From contig JAQGDQ010000149.1 of assembly GCA_030141605.1 (NCBI GenBank), positions 297,789-361,788 of the forward strand: DNA of 64,000 nucleotides. Reading direction: 5' to 3'. The notes beneath the pieces are model-generated. The model saw nothing but the letters and a program-made list of their open reading frames with translations, did not search any database and was not told the DNA's origin. Origin of the DNA: Tubiluchus corallicola. Lineage: Eukaryota > Animalia > Priapulida. Shown here piece after piece: positions 1 through 14,787 of the stretch. How positions within the stretch are numbered: position 1 is the stretch's first letter; the number at the start of each line of letters is the position of its first letter. The translations under genes were made by a program, and so were the position numbers.

Positions 1-889
1 GGTACGGTTGGAAAAAAACTTAAAACAACAAACTTTTAAACACTTTATTTTAAACAGTTTACTTTACTAGACTTAAAGCTACAATGCGATTTTTGAATAA
101 CTTTATGCCTAAATTTTGTGGAAAGCAGATATAGCAGTTAATTCTTATTATAACAAAAAACTTTTAATTAGTGTTGCCAACGAAACGTCTGCTCACTATT
201 ACTTTCTTGCTTTTATACGTGTCAGTGCGGTTACTGTTATTGCTGTTCACTGCTCAGAATTGAAGCTCATGTGAACTGCCTAAAGCTTGCAGGAATTACT
301 TGGTAATCCTTCGGTGTTCTTTGACTTTGACGCTGTTTGTTGTGCAGACACTACGCTAGCAGCCTTGGAATGCCGCTGATGCATGTACAGGAAGTATTGA
401 AGTTACTGGTGATAGTTTCGTCAGCTTGTCTCATTAAAACTAGCCCGTCACTATTTATACACTCATCTTACACAAGCTATTTATGTCCCGTGAAGCATTC
501 ATGAGATTAAGAAAAACTTGCCCTTGTCTCAACTTTATACACAAAATGCGATGTTGTCTTTTAAATTAAACTTGATAAAGGACATAATGACCCGAAGGCT
601 ATTATTATAGGCTCAACATTAACCATTTATCCTTATTAATTTATTTAATTTAGTGTTAGTAATTAATTTAGAAGTTGATTAGGAACAGAATTTGGTTTTG
701 GATATTAAAAGAGTGTGCGATTTGGTAGTTAAGACATTGGAATTGTAAGGCAAGATTTTGACCCAGTTCAAATTGGTGCAGTGTCATTTCTAATATTTTT
801 GTAGTTGTTCGGAAAAGTTTCACTTTAAGAATTTAATAAGCGTGAGCCGTCAGTAATTAATAACAGCAATAAAATGTTTTTATTTTGAA

Positions 890-891
<2 letters not shown>

Positions 892-970
<79 letters not shown>
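892..970. repeat. (TA)n microsatellite
   Basis: Pure AT dinucleotide run of about 79 bp. Confidence 0.97.
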
Positions 971-973
<3 letters not shown>

Positions 974-2324
974 GACCTAATTAAATAATTGTGACAAATG
1001 AAGCTATTATACAGAGCTCTCGTATTCTAGAATGCTTTATTCCTCCAGACAAAATGATTATGCATGCAGTCAATTACAAAATTCACACGGAATGCAATTC
1101 AGCTTCTTCAAGGCGCTGCAAGACAAAATTTCATGTTTGTGTTTCTACCAAACTATCGAGTTAATTAACTGTCGTATGTATCGATTGTCTCCCTGAATTA
1201 ACTCATTAGCTTGGTTGAATAATTACTAAATACTGTTTAGAGAAGATTCTTGCCATGCAGCATATAGTTTTTTCCAAGTAGAAAGGCTTTTTTCTTTCAT
1301 TTTCTAGGAGAGATTCGGAACTCATATCATCACAGTGTTAAACATCTCTAGTTTTTGATAGATGAAAAACGTTCTTGTCTAGCATATGATAAAAACGCTG
1401 TAAAAATAAGTTCAAATTATATTATTGTCCTGCATAAGGAAAAAGCTTCAAGTTTGTATCCGCAAGTCGCTGTTTTTAAAATGTATTATCTCGTGGAAAC
1501 GAAAGAAAGTCGCTTTTGCGAGGCATTGGCTACCTTGGTGGCAAATTAACTAATACTCGCGGAGAAACGATTTAAAAATATTTTCATAGTTTTCATTTTA
1601 GGGATAGAGGCTTATGAGTATACGGTTCAAAATCTAAGCTTTTGATAAAGTGTTTGTCAGAGTGTAAAACATCAGCCAAAAAGTTTGCGATCAGGCGAGT
1701 TAAACCCTGATCAATGGATGTGTAATCGAGGTATTTCACGGCTTCTGATCAGAACACCTCTCTAGGAAAAGGGCTTTAGTTATAGATTATGGCTTTTCAT
1801 TTTCATCTTGGTGACGTTTTGAGCAATATTCAAATAGATAAATGTCGCCGCTGCCGTAGTCATCGTCATCATCATTATTAATGATTTTCTCGCAGAGACT
1901 TAAAGTGGAGCTGTGTATGCAGAGCTTTGTGGCATTCTGGAACTGAAGGCGCAGTTGATTTTAAAATGTAACTTTTGGTGATGGTAGCGATGATGGTAAT
2001 GGTGATGTTAATAGCGATGATGATGGCGATGATGATGATAACTTTGACGAGGATAAACTTCTATCAAAACGTCCAGTTATTGGACTGAACTGGATATAGG
2101 CCTAATCGATAGTTGCGATTTTTATTGCTAATTTTCTCCTCCTCATGTTGCGCTTAATCATGGGAAAATTACAATACAAAGTGACTTTTTATGTTGCACG
2201 TTTCCGCTCAATGGCCACTGCTCTATACGCTTTTTGAAGCTGATAAACAGTCTTAATCATGCGTGATTAATAACAATATAGCTCTTTATTGGCCATTACT
2301 GGAATAGAGGCCTTAATATGCATT

Positions 2325-2652
2325 ACTAGCTGAGTCCACTCGTGCTGCACCTGCTGGCAATATTTTGGACATCATTTATTTTAGTCGCCATATTGAATGT
2401 GGTTATTCAGACGGATTGTGGAAGACGATATTCGAACTCGGAAGCCCTGAAACCTCTTAAAATACATATTGAACATTATACATAGGCCTAGTACAGTGTT
2501 TTAAAAGTGCTATTTTGGATACCATTTATGAGCCTAAATGGACAGTTTGCTTTAGCTGGCGTTTTTACGGTTCACCATGTCTAGCGGTACGCTGCAGGCA
2601 TAGGAGCGTGCATAAAACAGACAGATAGACATACAGATTTTTATATTTACAT
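2325..2652 (-). mobile_element. Short non-autonomous Helitron-like element
   Basis: The minus strand begins with AT-rich TATAAAA followed by a degenerate (CTGT)n tract and ends GC-rich...AGCTAGT, a CTAG 3' terminus. Confidence 0.45.
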
Positions 2653-3289
2653 ATCAGGTGATGCAAAAAATGTGCTAAATGTTTGGTCACTTCGTGTCAC
2701 TTAAATTAAAACTTACAGCAAGTCCTCTATTTGTCCATCATCTTCACTGTAAATTAGACGAAGGCGTTTCTTTCAACAACTGTCACAATTTCCCGCCATT
2801 TGGTTCTTGCTCTCAGCATTTTTTACCTTTATTCCCTTTGCATCAAACAAATGTGTGTGCGGCCCTCGTACACCTTCTCTCAAAGGAGTTCCAGATAGCG
2901 TAATTCAAAGGATTAAGTCCCATTTTTTGATAACAAATCTTTATCACTGTTTTATTTTCCGTGGTGAAGAGCATGAGGTAAACTGGTTTGATTTCTTTAT
3001 TGTTTTGCTGCTTTGCATTGAATTCGGTATGCAGCTTATGCGCCATAGCGGCTTTTCTTAATTACTAATCATTAGCCGACATTGTTTCGAGCATGCAAAA
3101 GTTGTTCGGCCGTAACTTGAAAGCTGCAAAACTTATAAACTTGTAACTTTCACAGCCGAAAGCTAATATGTTGTATTATAATGCTGTGAAATTTCCCTTT
3201 GCAGTGATACATCTTTCTAATATTATTGATGTCTACATTTCAGTACATATTTTCTGCACGCACGCACGCACACACAAACACACATGCAC

Positions 3290-3800
3290 ACACAGTTTTC
3301 CTGTGCGAAGAAAGTAGTAGCACTAGGAAGCCATAAATTTGCTTTATTTGTCAATTACGCTACGTTCTTGCCTCACTTTGTTTCATATTTCCCTGGAGAA
3401 CCTGAGCAAGATGCCGCAATGAAAGTTTCATCGCATAGTAATTATTCAAACTCGACAGTTTATTCAAACTCGACAAACTCGAAAATCAAGACATGACAGT
3501 GACACAAACATGTGATACTTTCCACTGGACACAAGCTGCCATAAACCATGAGAAAATTATAAAACGTAATTTCAAGCTACTACCAGTAACAAGAACAAAA
3601 CGCGAAAATAGTTTCTGCACACGCACGCGCGGCGTCGAATTTGAATAATTACTAGGCGATGAAACTTTCATTGCGGCATCTTGCTCAGGTTCTCCAGGGA
3701 AATATGAAACAAAGTGAGGCAAGAACGTAGCGTAATTGACAAATAAAGCGAATTTATGGCTTCTCAGTGCTACTGCTTTCTTCGCACAGGAAAACTGTGT
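3290..3800. repeat. Long inverted repeat: 167-bp arms (3290-3456, 3634-3800) and 177-bp spacer
   Basis: Arms differ at about 6 of 167 positions by manual alignment. This explains the near-identical ORFs 3284-3496(+) and 3486-3803(-). Confidence 0.95.
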
Positions 3801-6800
3801 CAAGTTTAAGTTTCTGATCGTTTTATATTTCTAGCAGCATTTTTGTTACGTTCGTTTTTCAACAGCTCGTCGCCGTTTATAAGAAGTCTCGCATTTTAGG
3901 CTTTTTTATGCTTACAGATCTTTTACTTAGATATTTAGCGCCACCTGTATTCAAATTACTTTGCATTACAACTTGAGTAAACATTAAATTTGCTCATAAA
4001 AACTACAGTTTGATTTCAAAAAGAGAGATGATCGAATGCATACTGTAAACGTAATAGTGAACTTATTGGTGACTATGGAAGTATACTTTATCACAGACCT
4101 AATGGTTTTAGATTGTTCAAGCAATGTATGTCGAATGATCTGTCCTGTTCTGCAATTTGAAGCATCCAGCCCCGGTGGAAGTAACTCAGCGATTCTTGAT
4201 GCATTTGTCTGGTGAATGGCAGCATTCTCGTTCTGGCCCCGCTGACCATTGATCAACAAGACCATCAATCTTTCTGCATAGTGACCTGTAAGTCTATTCT
4301 GCTTCTATAATTTGTGCATTGAAGTCTCAGCGGGTTTCTAATTAGAAACGCATCCACAAGGCGTATCGGAGGCGCTAGGCCCGTCATCACTTGGCTTCCC
4401 ATGTGACGTCATTACATGGCTTCCTATTTTTTCATCAGTGCAATTGAGTATCAGTTAGTAAATAGTCTGGCACAAACATTCTCCTTTAGACCACTAAATT
4501 TTAATCTGTTATAAAATTAAAAAAACTTTTTTGCACTAGTCTGATTCCGTCAGTTTACTCATGCATGACAACCATTATTAATGAACATATTCGTTCGAAT
4601 CATCATGCAACGTTTTATCCAATAATGGATTGACGGCAAATATTTAACCGTACAGCTAAGCTACCATTTCATCCATATTGCCATAATCGATTACTTAATA
4701 ATTAATTCATACCAGAAAAAATCTTAAAAATCACCATCCTGGCAGATTTTCAGACCCGTTTTTATTTGCCTAACACGTGCAAATATGACCACGATTTTTC
4801 ACTTCACTACAACCATATTCTGTAAATATCATTTCCACCAACTTAAACGTTCGAAAATCTAAATTCCGTGGTTATTCGTATCAGACTGATGCCAGCAAAG
4901 TATTTCGTGAGGTGAGTTGAAAGTTCGGGACTACCTCGTGTTAATATGCTTTCGAAGTACTTCATAATTAATCAGTGATGGCTAATTGATATGTGATATT
5001 AGATATACAATTGCATACGGTATAGAGTAGACAATTTCGGGAAACCGAAACGATGCTTAATAACAAAAATGTAATAATTTAAATTGAATAACGAATTAAG
5101 CTTTAAGGATTCGCACCCCACTTCATGTACAGGGCATTTTTTCTTTTCAAAAGAAAGGAAATTATATCGGTATTTTAGGTTAACTGTATTTTTAGAGTGT
5201 CCCAAGCTTAAAATGCTTGTTTTTTGCTACTGAATAGATGTCATGACACTACGCAAGCTATCACAAAGGTATTCGTACTCCTTGTTTTAAAATTAAATAC
5301 ATGCTGCCCATAATATATTGATTTCTGCTATTAACTCTTGTGCTTCATTTAACGCGGGTTGGTTGAGCCAAATAAGTAAAGTTATTTTGGACCATATTTT
5401 ATTTTTAATACAATTTAAAAATGGTCGTCCAACAATACCTGGTATTGTAGCTGCTAGAGTAACACTTTGCCCTTTGTTTACCGAAAGACGGAGTCATTTT
5501 ATCAACCCAAAAATTGCGTAGGCTTTGTGAAATTTATTTGCTTAGTCGCGCACTAAAGTTCATACAAATTAATTTAATGATCTTTGTTCGTAGTCCTTTC
5601 TTCATCCATTTACCAACTGTTTGCCAAGGCTATCGCAGTCCCAAAAGGCTATTATCCTTTACAATGGATCTATCATAGACTGCTCAGGGATAACGTTACA
5701 GTGCAAACCACTAATCACAATCGAAGATTTATCAAGTCCAAGATTGCAGATGTTATTAAGATTCAAGAACTTCTGTTGTTCGGATCGAATCAGAGTATGT
5801 GTTTCAAGACGACGAAGAATCTATCACAATCACCGGCTGTTCTTTAGTATGATTTGACAGGGCAACGACCATCTAACCAACTGAACAAATTGAGCTCCTC
5901 TTGATATAGATTTAAATGTCAATAGAGTGTGATTAATCGTATGATTAAAAGTGAGATGAGTACTACCCATCTGTACTTGAATGAAGTCAATGCATCAGTT
6001 CCTATTAAGAAAGACTCGGCGTTTAAGATTACATAACTTTCAGAAGTGAGACAAGTTGGACAGGTCTTCATGCAGGGTTTATGTAACACCTCTCAAAATA
6101 CATTCCATATTTTCCTACAAAAATCCTCCTATTACTGTGTCTTTTTCGAATAACTTTATATTTTCTCATTGATTGTGGTTATTTTAGTAGCATTCAAAAC
6201 ACACGTTGAGTAGTTTTAAGAATAAGAACACCTGAAGAGTTTTCTTGGCTGGTACTTCGATCATATTTCAACTCGCGAAGCTACTATTCTGAAATGTAAA
6301 ATCAAGTAAACCAAGGATAGCCTGTATCACAACGATACATTAAATTGTGTTGCCTTATGTTTAGAACATAGATGTATTTATCAATTCCTGTCTGACGTTG
6401 ACAAATTGTCGTACGTATTTTCAAGAATCCGATTGATTTGTCTTTAGATTACGTCAGTGTAGCTTTGCTTTGTAGGCTGTTGTGTTTATTTTGTCTACTA
6501 TGGGCTACTTGCTATGAGTATTAACATAACTGAAAGCGTGCACATTGGAAGAAACATTTTCAAATGCATCACTAAATGGCAAAACTGTAACAGTAGATAA
6601 AACTTTCTTTCGTTTCTGTCGGCCTACTGTGCAGTTTCCATGTCATTCTAAGACGGCGGCTGACTTTAAAATGACGTTATATTATCGGCTATGTTAATAA
6701 TTAACGTTCAGACTTAACCGTGGGCTAATTAATTACTGTAACGATAACCCCTTCTGCCCTATGGTAGACTTACAGCATATTAACACTTCAACCATATTAA

Positions 6801-9800
6801 TGGATTAATTAGCTGCGGTTGATGTTTGTTGTGGCATTGATATTCACCCAGTGTCAGCTAATTAAGCCAATGAGTGGTTGCCTTGTATGATGCTTCTCAA
6901 TTTATGAGATTGTATATTTCCCAGCCTGAAGGCATAATAACATGTAAAATGTTTGCAATTCAGTCACGTTTCGTAGCCATCTCGGAATAATTGAGTTTTG
7001 GCTGGGTTCATTCGGGTTTATTAGTTAATGCCACTTATTACTAAACGTTGTGAGGACACGCCCTTTAAAATTCTTTCTACTTGAAGCTATGAGGATAAGG
7101 TCACCGTTGGGGTTAGTTTGTCCATCTGTCCGAAGTTGTAGTGAGGAAATGACAGAAAGAGGATGGTGGTAGATGAATGTATCACCACACTTGGTGGATT
7201 AAACTCGTTTGTCTTAGAACAAAAACTTAAGCAGCATGAATGTGGAGATGTCAGGGTCAAGGGCCAGAAGTTATGTTATAGTTTGTGAAGTTGGGAATAT
7301 TCTCACGCTAGTTTACCTCGAAGTTTTCCTTCGTTGACATGAATGTGAAAACGAGAGTTATGTTTTAAGATTACAGTAAAATTACGATTAGACCTAAATT
7401 TCCATTTCAATTAGGTTGAATCGCATTCAGATGGAAATGAAAAAATGAAAATTACCTTAAGGTTTTTGAAAGGTTTCTGATTTGCGATAAAGTAGTGATT
7501 TATTAACCTGCGATACCAAGACCCAGTATCTAGGCAAACGTTACGTATCCTAAAGGTTTCAAAATATAAAAACCAATTTTAGATAAGGAAATTGTTCACG
7601 ACATTGTAATAAAGTTTGAATTTTCTGATTCGGTGCATTCGAAATGTCGACTGGGCTTCGTCCATGATGTTTGAAAACATACTGACTCCTAGAAATCAAC
7701 TCATTACTTCTTCAGAATGCACTCCATTAATGGCTTCTTGTCCATCTATCATTTCCTGACCTTCCCCGCATGACAAGATTTTATTTAGGTCTTTACCATT
7801 TCGATTAAAATCGGTAGGCGCTGTGCAGAATGTAGATAATGACCTTTTGATTGCCATCATGAATGCAAATTGTCTGGTTTGGAGAAATGCACTTCAGATA
7901 CATATAAGATCCACGTCGTATAGTTCTAGATTTTACAAATGCACAGAGGCGTATCCTTATTGCGTCTTTTGTAAGCAACAAACGTTACATGTAGCTAACC
8001 TTAAGTACAATTTTTTTAAATTGTTTAAACAGTAATCCCCTGTATTTTTGCGGTGCTTGCTTCTGTATGTTAAACTGTTTAATAAAAACGAAGCATTCGG
8101 CTTATAATTCGAAATCTATAGATAGATTTGCAGACATTACTATACAAAACAAACTGCATTTTAATTCAAGCGACAACATCTATATGGGATAATTAAATGT
8201 CGATTTTGTCTTAATTTAACATTATAGACGGTTTGTGCTTAGGGCGAAAGATGGTTGTTTTTTAGGGAATTATAATGACCAATATTATATGAAGAAAGAG
8301 AAAATCCTCGCGTAGTACCTGACTTATACTTTAAAGTGATACAGAGAATCCGACAGCGGTGCCTTAGCCATTTTCGGATATCTGATGTCCTTAACGGCCT
8401 GACAAGAATTTACTAACTGAATTTGGTAGATCACTCTAAAATTTCAACAGTTATGGGAAAACTAAAAATTTATACATTTATTAATTTCTTAATAAACCGC
8501 CTTTATTTTCGACTGCACGTTTATTTAATCACTGCATTGGTACAGAAACTCGCAGGTAAGTCAACAGATTCGGCAAGATATGATTAACTGGCTGGACGAA
8601 TTCTTTGATGATGTAGTAGAATATGTTCGCGAGACTTTTCAGTATACAGAACTCTACATTTTGCTATAATTACTACTTTTGTAAACGTACTTTTAAATGA
8701 AACTAAAATCGAGTTGTTTGTGTCTGGTCGCGGCTCTGGTCAACTCGCTATTCAACAGTTATTTCAACAATTATCTGCTAACAACGCGCATTTCTTTGAG
8801 TCCAGGAGGAAGACAGCTTTTCGCAAAGTCACATTAATTCGAAGCAATTTCAGGGAGTTTGAACAGAAACGAGTCTTTGGGGAAGCGAAAACTGCGAGTA
8901 ATTCTCAAGCAATATGTCGTTGCAATTTGAAAGACGAGTGACTAATCCCTGAAGTACTTGCTTCACGTATTGAACTAGCCGAACTACGAGTTTCGAAATG
9001 TAAGATTTAAAACAAAATAATTTTAAATGTTAAAACGAAACGATACTGATCTTTCGCAATAAAATAATAGGCTGGGAGTTGTTATTAGTCTACAATATTT
9101 TTCACTCAGATAACTATTAAATGGTGTTGAGCGAAAGAAATTTCAGGCAAAAATACCTTTTCACGTAATTACTAAATTAATACCCTTATTGCAACACACA
9201 CTCCAAACCAAACTGTCTGACAACGAATGAGAACGTTTATCTTCAAATAAACTGCTCATCAGTTACGGGGTATGATCACTTTTGCCGCAATGATGAAATT
9301 GTGACTGATGAAATGATTTTGTCAATGGATAAAATTAATGAGCTCTGAGTTTAAATGTAGTGATAACTGGAAAACCAACGACAGCGTCTTTGATGATAAT
9401 TTAAATTCACGTCTTCTGTAATTAATTTAATTCGATTTGAATCAATCCGTTTAGATTCTTATGTGTGTTATGGTTTTGAATAAATAAACTCTGCATTTTA
9501 TTGTTTGTACTCAATGTTCTGTGCATTCATAAATGATAAGTTATTAACAAGATTTTAAGTACAGGTTTTCTTGCGAAAAAAGCAGGGCTACAGAAAATGA
9601 AATGAAATTGAATAAATGTTATAATGTAGCAAACGAATGTTGTTGGCAAGCGTTGTAATACTAGACTTAATTGGAGTGTATCACTATTAATTTTAATTAG
9701 AATTAGTCAAAATGTTATAAGTATAAACGTGATTTCTCGCGATCTGCTTTTATCCGTGGAAGTTTCTTATTGAACCCCTTGATGGTCAAAAATCTAGGCT

Positions 9801-12800
9801 TGTTAATCGTAATCCCTTGATGTTCACGGTGCATTTCTCATTTACCATCTCCGTAACCTCTGAGTCTAATGTCGAGTAACTCATGCAGTTCCCTCATCTC
9901 ATGTATGTAAAATTATGTATACAGAACAAGGACAATAACTTGAGCCAAACAGACTCTATTTCGTCTGCTGCTAAACGTAAATTCTTAGCAGGTGAAAATT
10001 CTTATCATCCATTAGGCCTAGATGCCTTGCAGTGCGGTAGCTTTTGGTCTACCGCTTCTCAAATATTTCTAATGTATACTGAGACTGATAATTTGGCAAA
10101 CTATTAGAGAATTAGAATTTATCACTTACCCAGATCATCGCTAGAATTTATACGGCAAAAAGTTTAATTACTCGCGCTTTAGGTGTCTTAGTATCGAATT
10201 TGTACCATCCTTCGACTTTATAAAACTGTGGAAACAAAGAAGCTTCGTTTTAGTTTTTGTCACGAAGGCAGAGCATTCAGCGGCAATTCCTTGAACAGAA
10301 CAGACTTTGATGTATTAAAACACCTAAAGTATAGTCATTCGAAGTCAAGCAGTAGCTTCTCTTAATGATAAACAAATTACATTTAGTTAGACTATTGGCG
10401 ATGACCTAATTGTGGCGTTTATTGTACTGACGTGTATGTGGCTTCCTTCCTTACTGATTTGCAGACGTGTTAAGCATAAGCAACTCAAACCTATTCATCG
10501 TGATAAGAATGCAAGCAATGCGAATGCGTAACTAAGTTTTGTTGGAAAATTAATTGTACTCAGTTCTATGGGTAGAACGGTTTAGTTTGAGTCATGGAGT
10601 GTATTTTGTAAGAAACCTCACGATTTTCTTTACGTTTGCGTTGACTGGAAATTGAAACAACCGGTTTGTAGTTCTGGCTTAATGTACCTTAATGACAAAA
10701 ATGTCACTTAACTTGCATGTTTTGTTAAAGTTAATGTCACACTTTTTTAGAAAACTAGTTCTTTTGTTACCACATGAACCTGCTGCGCATTGAAGCCGCA
10801 CCAGTTGGCGAATGAGACCAAATGACAAGCTTATGTTTTTATATCAGTTACAGATTGTCGATGTTTAAACTGTTAGATGAAATAAACTGTCACTCATGTA
10901 TTTTCTAACTCTGTCCTAAATTTACCAGTAAGGACTGAACAGCTTGACTGGAACATTAGTCACATTTTGAGTTCAGTTCAACAGTCAGTGATTGAAATCC
11001 ATATTTGGTTCCATTATTTTTTCGCTAAATTTGGCCTCAATAATTAAACGGTTATGCATTTCGCATTGCTGGTTTACTCTGAGTTATTAGACTGTATTGT
11101 GCGAGTTAGCGGAGTCCCTGTTAACAAAAAAGCTGTGATCACTTCGCTTACTGATTTTTCACATTTTCTTCCGGTTGAATATCATTACCGATTTACTGCT
11201 GTTTTCAGCAACTCTTTTGCCCTATTCGGAATATTTTGGCGATGATAACCTTTGTGTGATCTGTGAAAATAGGATCGTGATTTGGGGGTCTTGACGTTAG
11301 CTTATTACTTTCGGGTCATGAAACTCTATATAGGGGTTTTTGGTGTTCCGTGAGCCTTCCGCATTTTGTTTAAATAAATTAGTTCAACTTTGTTACTATT
11401 ATTTAATTGATAAACAGCAGCAGCAGCATCAACGAGAACGTGAAACGAGCCATTCAGTGGCACGTGTGTGTATTTAGAGGACAAACTCGACTACTGCAAA
11501 GTTTAACTATAATTCGTGCTGGAGTCCAACTCCCGTGGTTAATAAATCCAATATAAATGCAAAATGAACGGTTGTCATTGAAATGCAGTCAGTAAATATT
11601 TTATCGCGTTTTGTGTAATGTGCAGCATTCATTGTGATATCATTAATAGATCACGGCTATGAAATGGCATGCAGTAAAACTTGCTAAGTCATCTGCATTG
11701 TCGCTCAATGATTCAGGCTGTTAATTTTACTAAGGTTACCCTATCTAAAATCGTTAGCTTGATTAGTACTGAGCAAACTGCTGCTAATATTAGGCTTAAT
11801 TGCGTACTGGCTTCCTGAACAGCAGACAAGTACTCGATTCCTATTTTATTAAGATTTTGCAATAACTGAATCTTCTTGAATCCCATACAGTACTTATATC
11901 TCCTTTTTTCTCAGCTAACACTTCACTTAATGGCTCGTTAGGCTTGCAAAATAGCGTCACTAAGCTCACTTCTCCCTCCAAATGGGGAAGAACAGCAATG
12001 TGGTCTCCTCTGACCTGTAGCCAGGGAGACCCAAGGGCAGTGTGTGTCAGTCAATTTTTCGATTATATCGCAACCCCTAGGGTTTTCACTTCTTTCAATT
12101 TTTTTAACAAGTAGTTGGGTCCTGCGTGGTAAATTGCATCTGGCGTTTAAAAAAAGCAGGAAAGCTTTAGACGTAGGAGAGCGAGGTTAGAATGCAGAAT
12201 GAAAAATCTGAATCAATGTGACATTTTGGTAGCAGAGGGCTGGGGATACAAAACTCACAGAGCACACTTCTAAGCAATATGAACTATATTTATGTGTGAC
12301 CCGAGAGCCTGGTCACAGGTCATGGGGTGGTCTTCATTTATTTTTCGCTATGTTCTATCTGCTCCTGTAGTTTTTCTACGATGGGGTAACGATTTTGTAC
12401 ATCACTGAATGTGGGGCATGACTGTGCGAATGAGAAAATATTCTGCTAAGGGGCAATAATAGAAACTTGGGTTTTGGGACCAGAAATGCCCCGATTGTCA
12501 AGTGGCAGGAGATTGGTTGAGCTTTAACTCACGGGTCACGGTTGAAAAAGCTACGTGTTGTGATTTCATTGTAGAAGGCCACTTCAGAAACATTGTCAAC
12601 TAAATTTACCTTGGTTCCCAAGTTCCAGGATATTGACCGGTAAACAAAGATATTGAGATCACTAAGCAATTAAAAATGACCGTCAACTTCCTGTCTCTCT
12701 GGACCAGTCCTCTTTTGCAAAACTTTTTTGTCCTAAAGCTATATTATGATTGAAGCATGCGAATTAGTTTCTGTTTGTTGCGTTTTTTTTACGTTATACT

Positions 12801-13906
12801 GATATTCGTTATTATTAATTATGTTAATTATTTGTTACTTTTAATATTTATATTTACAATTAACTGTACCACTTTCATCACAAAGTGTCCAAGCCATTTT
12901 ATGGCTTTATTTGCCTGACTATATAAGTTTGGCTTTTTGAATGGAAACAAAGTGTAATTAAACCTGTTCTTGGCAAAAGAGGGTTAATGTATTTAAAACA
13001 TTGTTATAATATTTATATATCATTTACTCGTAAATTTTATTAAGAGTGCGTACGATTAGATACGATTAGAATAACGAAGTTTAAGCAATTGTTTAAATAT
13101 TAAATTTCAATATTTTCCAGCCTATACTCGTTATACTCTCCAATAATTCTTCCAATCATAAAATTAACTGGATTGTCACAGTTTGATAATTTTGAGTGCA
13201 GTCACTTTATTTGCTAAATTGTTAATTTGTACGCTTTTATGGTCTTTCCAACTCGTTTTTCCCTCGACAATGAAACCTTGTGATTAACTGTTAAACTCAT
13301 CCTAGAATTAGCCGCATAGAGTATAAAATTGAGAGACTGCGCCTGTTTGTAATTGCAAAACGCAATGTTGTTAGTGAAATTTTGCTCTGTGAACGTTTTG
13401 TCGTGCTCAGTTTTTGAGTCGTGTTTGTAAAAAAAAACTTAACCTGCACTTGGCTTTGTAATCTGTTAAACTTCAATAACAGTCCCTAAAATTTACTTTA
13501 GCAAAACTGCTTTATTACTTTGTGAGTCACACAACATGCATGTACATAAGTTTGAAATTAAGGCCTAACACGTGGGAATTGATTGGTTGATTGATTATAA
13601 TTTTATTTCAGACAAAAAATCCATATTTTACGCAATACACAAAATCGATTAAATGAAAATTGCCTTAACTTAAATCTAATTGCTAAAAATAAAGATTAAA
13701 CTAACTGCGCGCGCGCTCACGCACACGCACACGATTATGTTGCAGGACTATAATTACAATTACACGATAATAATTAATTAGTTAATATTTACATTAAAAT
13801 ACAATAAACAAACATGTTAATTAAAATTATTAAACTCAAGTAATAAAATCGTTAGGTCTACAGAATAGAATTAAAATACAAATAGAACATAAAATAAAAT
13901 AGAATG

Positions 13907-14008
13907 AATATAATATAATATAACATAACATAACATAACATAACATAACATAACATAACATAACATAACATAACATAACAACATAATACAATATAATATA
14001 ATATATGT

Positions 14009-14072
<64 letters not shown>
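13907..14072. repeat. Compound microsatellite (ATAAT)n-(ATAAC)n-(TA)n
   Basis: Directly visible pentanucleotide arrays followed by a dinucleotide array. Confidence 0.95.
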
Positions 14073-14075
<3 letters not shown>

Positions 14076-14787
14076 ATTCTCTAAAGTAGATTTGATGCTA
14101 AAAAAATAAGTTCAATTTAAAAAAAAGTCGATTTCCATAAGAAAAGAGAACTTGCACGGAAGTACGTCACAATACGGGATTCCTAAATATACTGTCATTA
14201 TACAAACACTGCATTCACGAGGAAGTGAAAAGAGTTTGCATATACGTGATTTTCATTTCCTTCATGACGTAATCGTCTTACTTACGCTAGAATGATATGC
14301 CATACATGTACAAAAGTTTTGAATAAACATATTTTAAAACCAATACTGCAATTATTAAGATCAATACCGAGTTTCAGGCCCCCTGTGCCGCACCCCTTTC
14401 TCCCCCTTCCCCTTCTCTCTCTCTCTCTCTCTCCTTCCTTAAAAATCCTCTTCATTGTAAATTCGCTCAGATTGCGGCTTCGAAATCGCGTGTATTCGTA
14501 AATTATTATTAAACACGTGCTATTTGAATAACTGATTCAACCTGGGAAAAATGTTTGACTTGCGCAAATTAATATTTACTATCATATTATCAGCGTCACT
14601 GTACTTTAGACTGAATAGGATTTCAAGAAACTACCCATCATTCGCTAATTTTTTTTCTTTCCATCTAAAATTTATAGGTAGTAAAGATTCTACGGTAGTG
14701 GAAACAACGCCCGCGGGTCTACTCAAAGCGTTTAATATTTCAGAAATGTCTGTAGCTAACTCACCCGCTCTCATTTATATTTTGCAG

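Noticed and set aside
3284-3803. Two near-identical ORFs on opposite strands, resembling a gene pair
   Set aside because: By-product of the inverted repeat; no recognisable domain or splice structure.
2655-3948. Putative TIR pair CAGGTGATGCAAAAAAT / ATATTTAGCGCCACCTG
   Set aside because: Match too weak and the left TA TSD is absent.
10999-11008. Perfect CArG box CCATATTTGG upstream of the LIM exons
   Set aside because: Several are expected by chance in 64 kb of AT-rich DNA, and another lies inside a repeat at 20061.
12505-12987. ~80-bp similarity to 24810-24890 and a piggyBac-like GGG-TTAA end
   Set aside because: Probably old repeat fragments, but boundaries and family cannot be supported.
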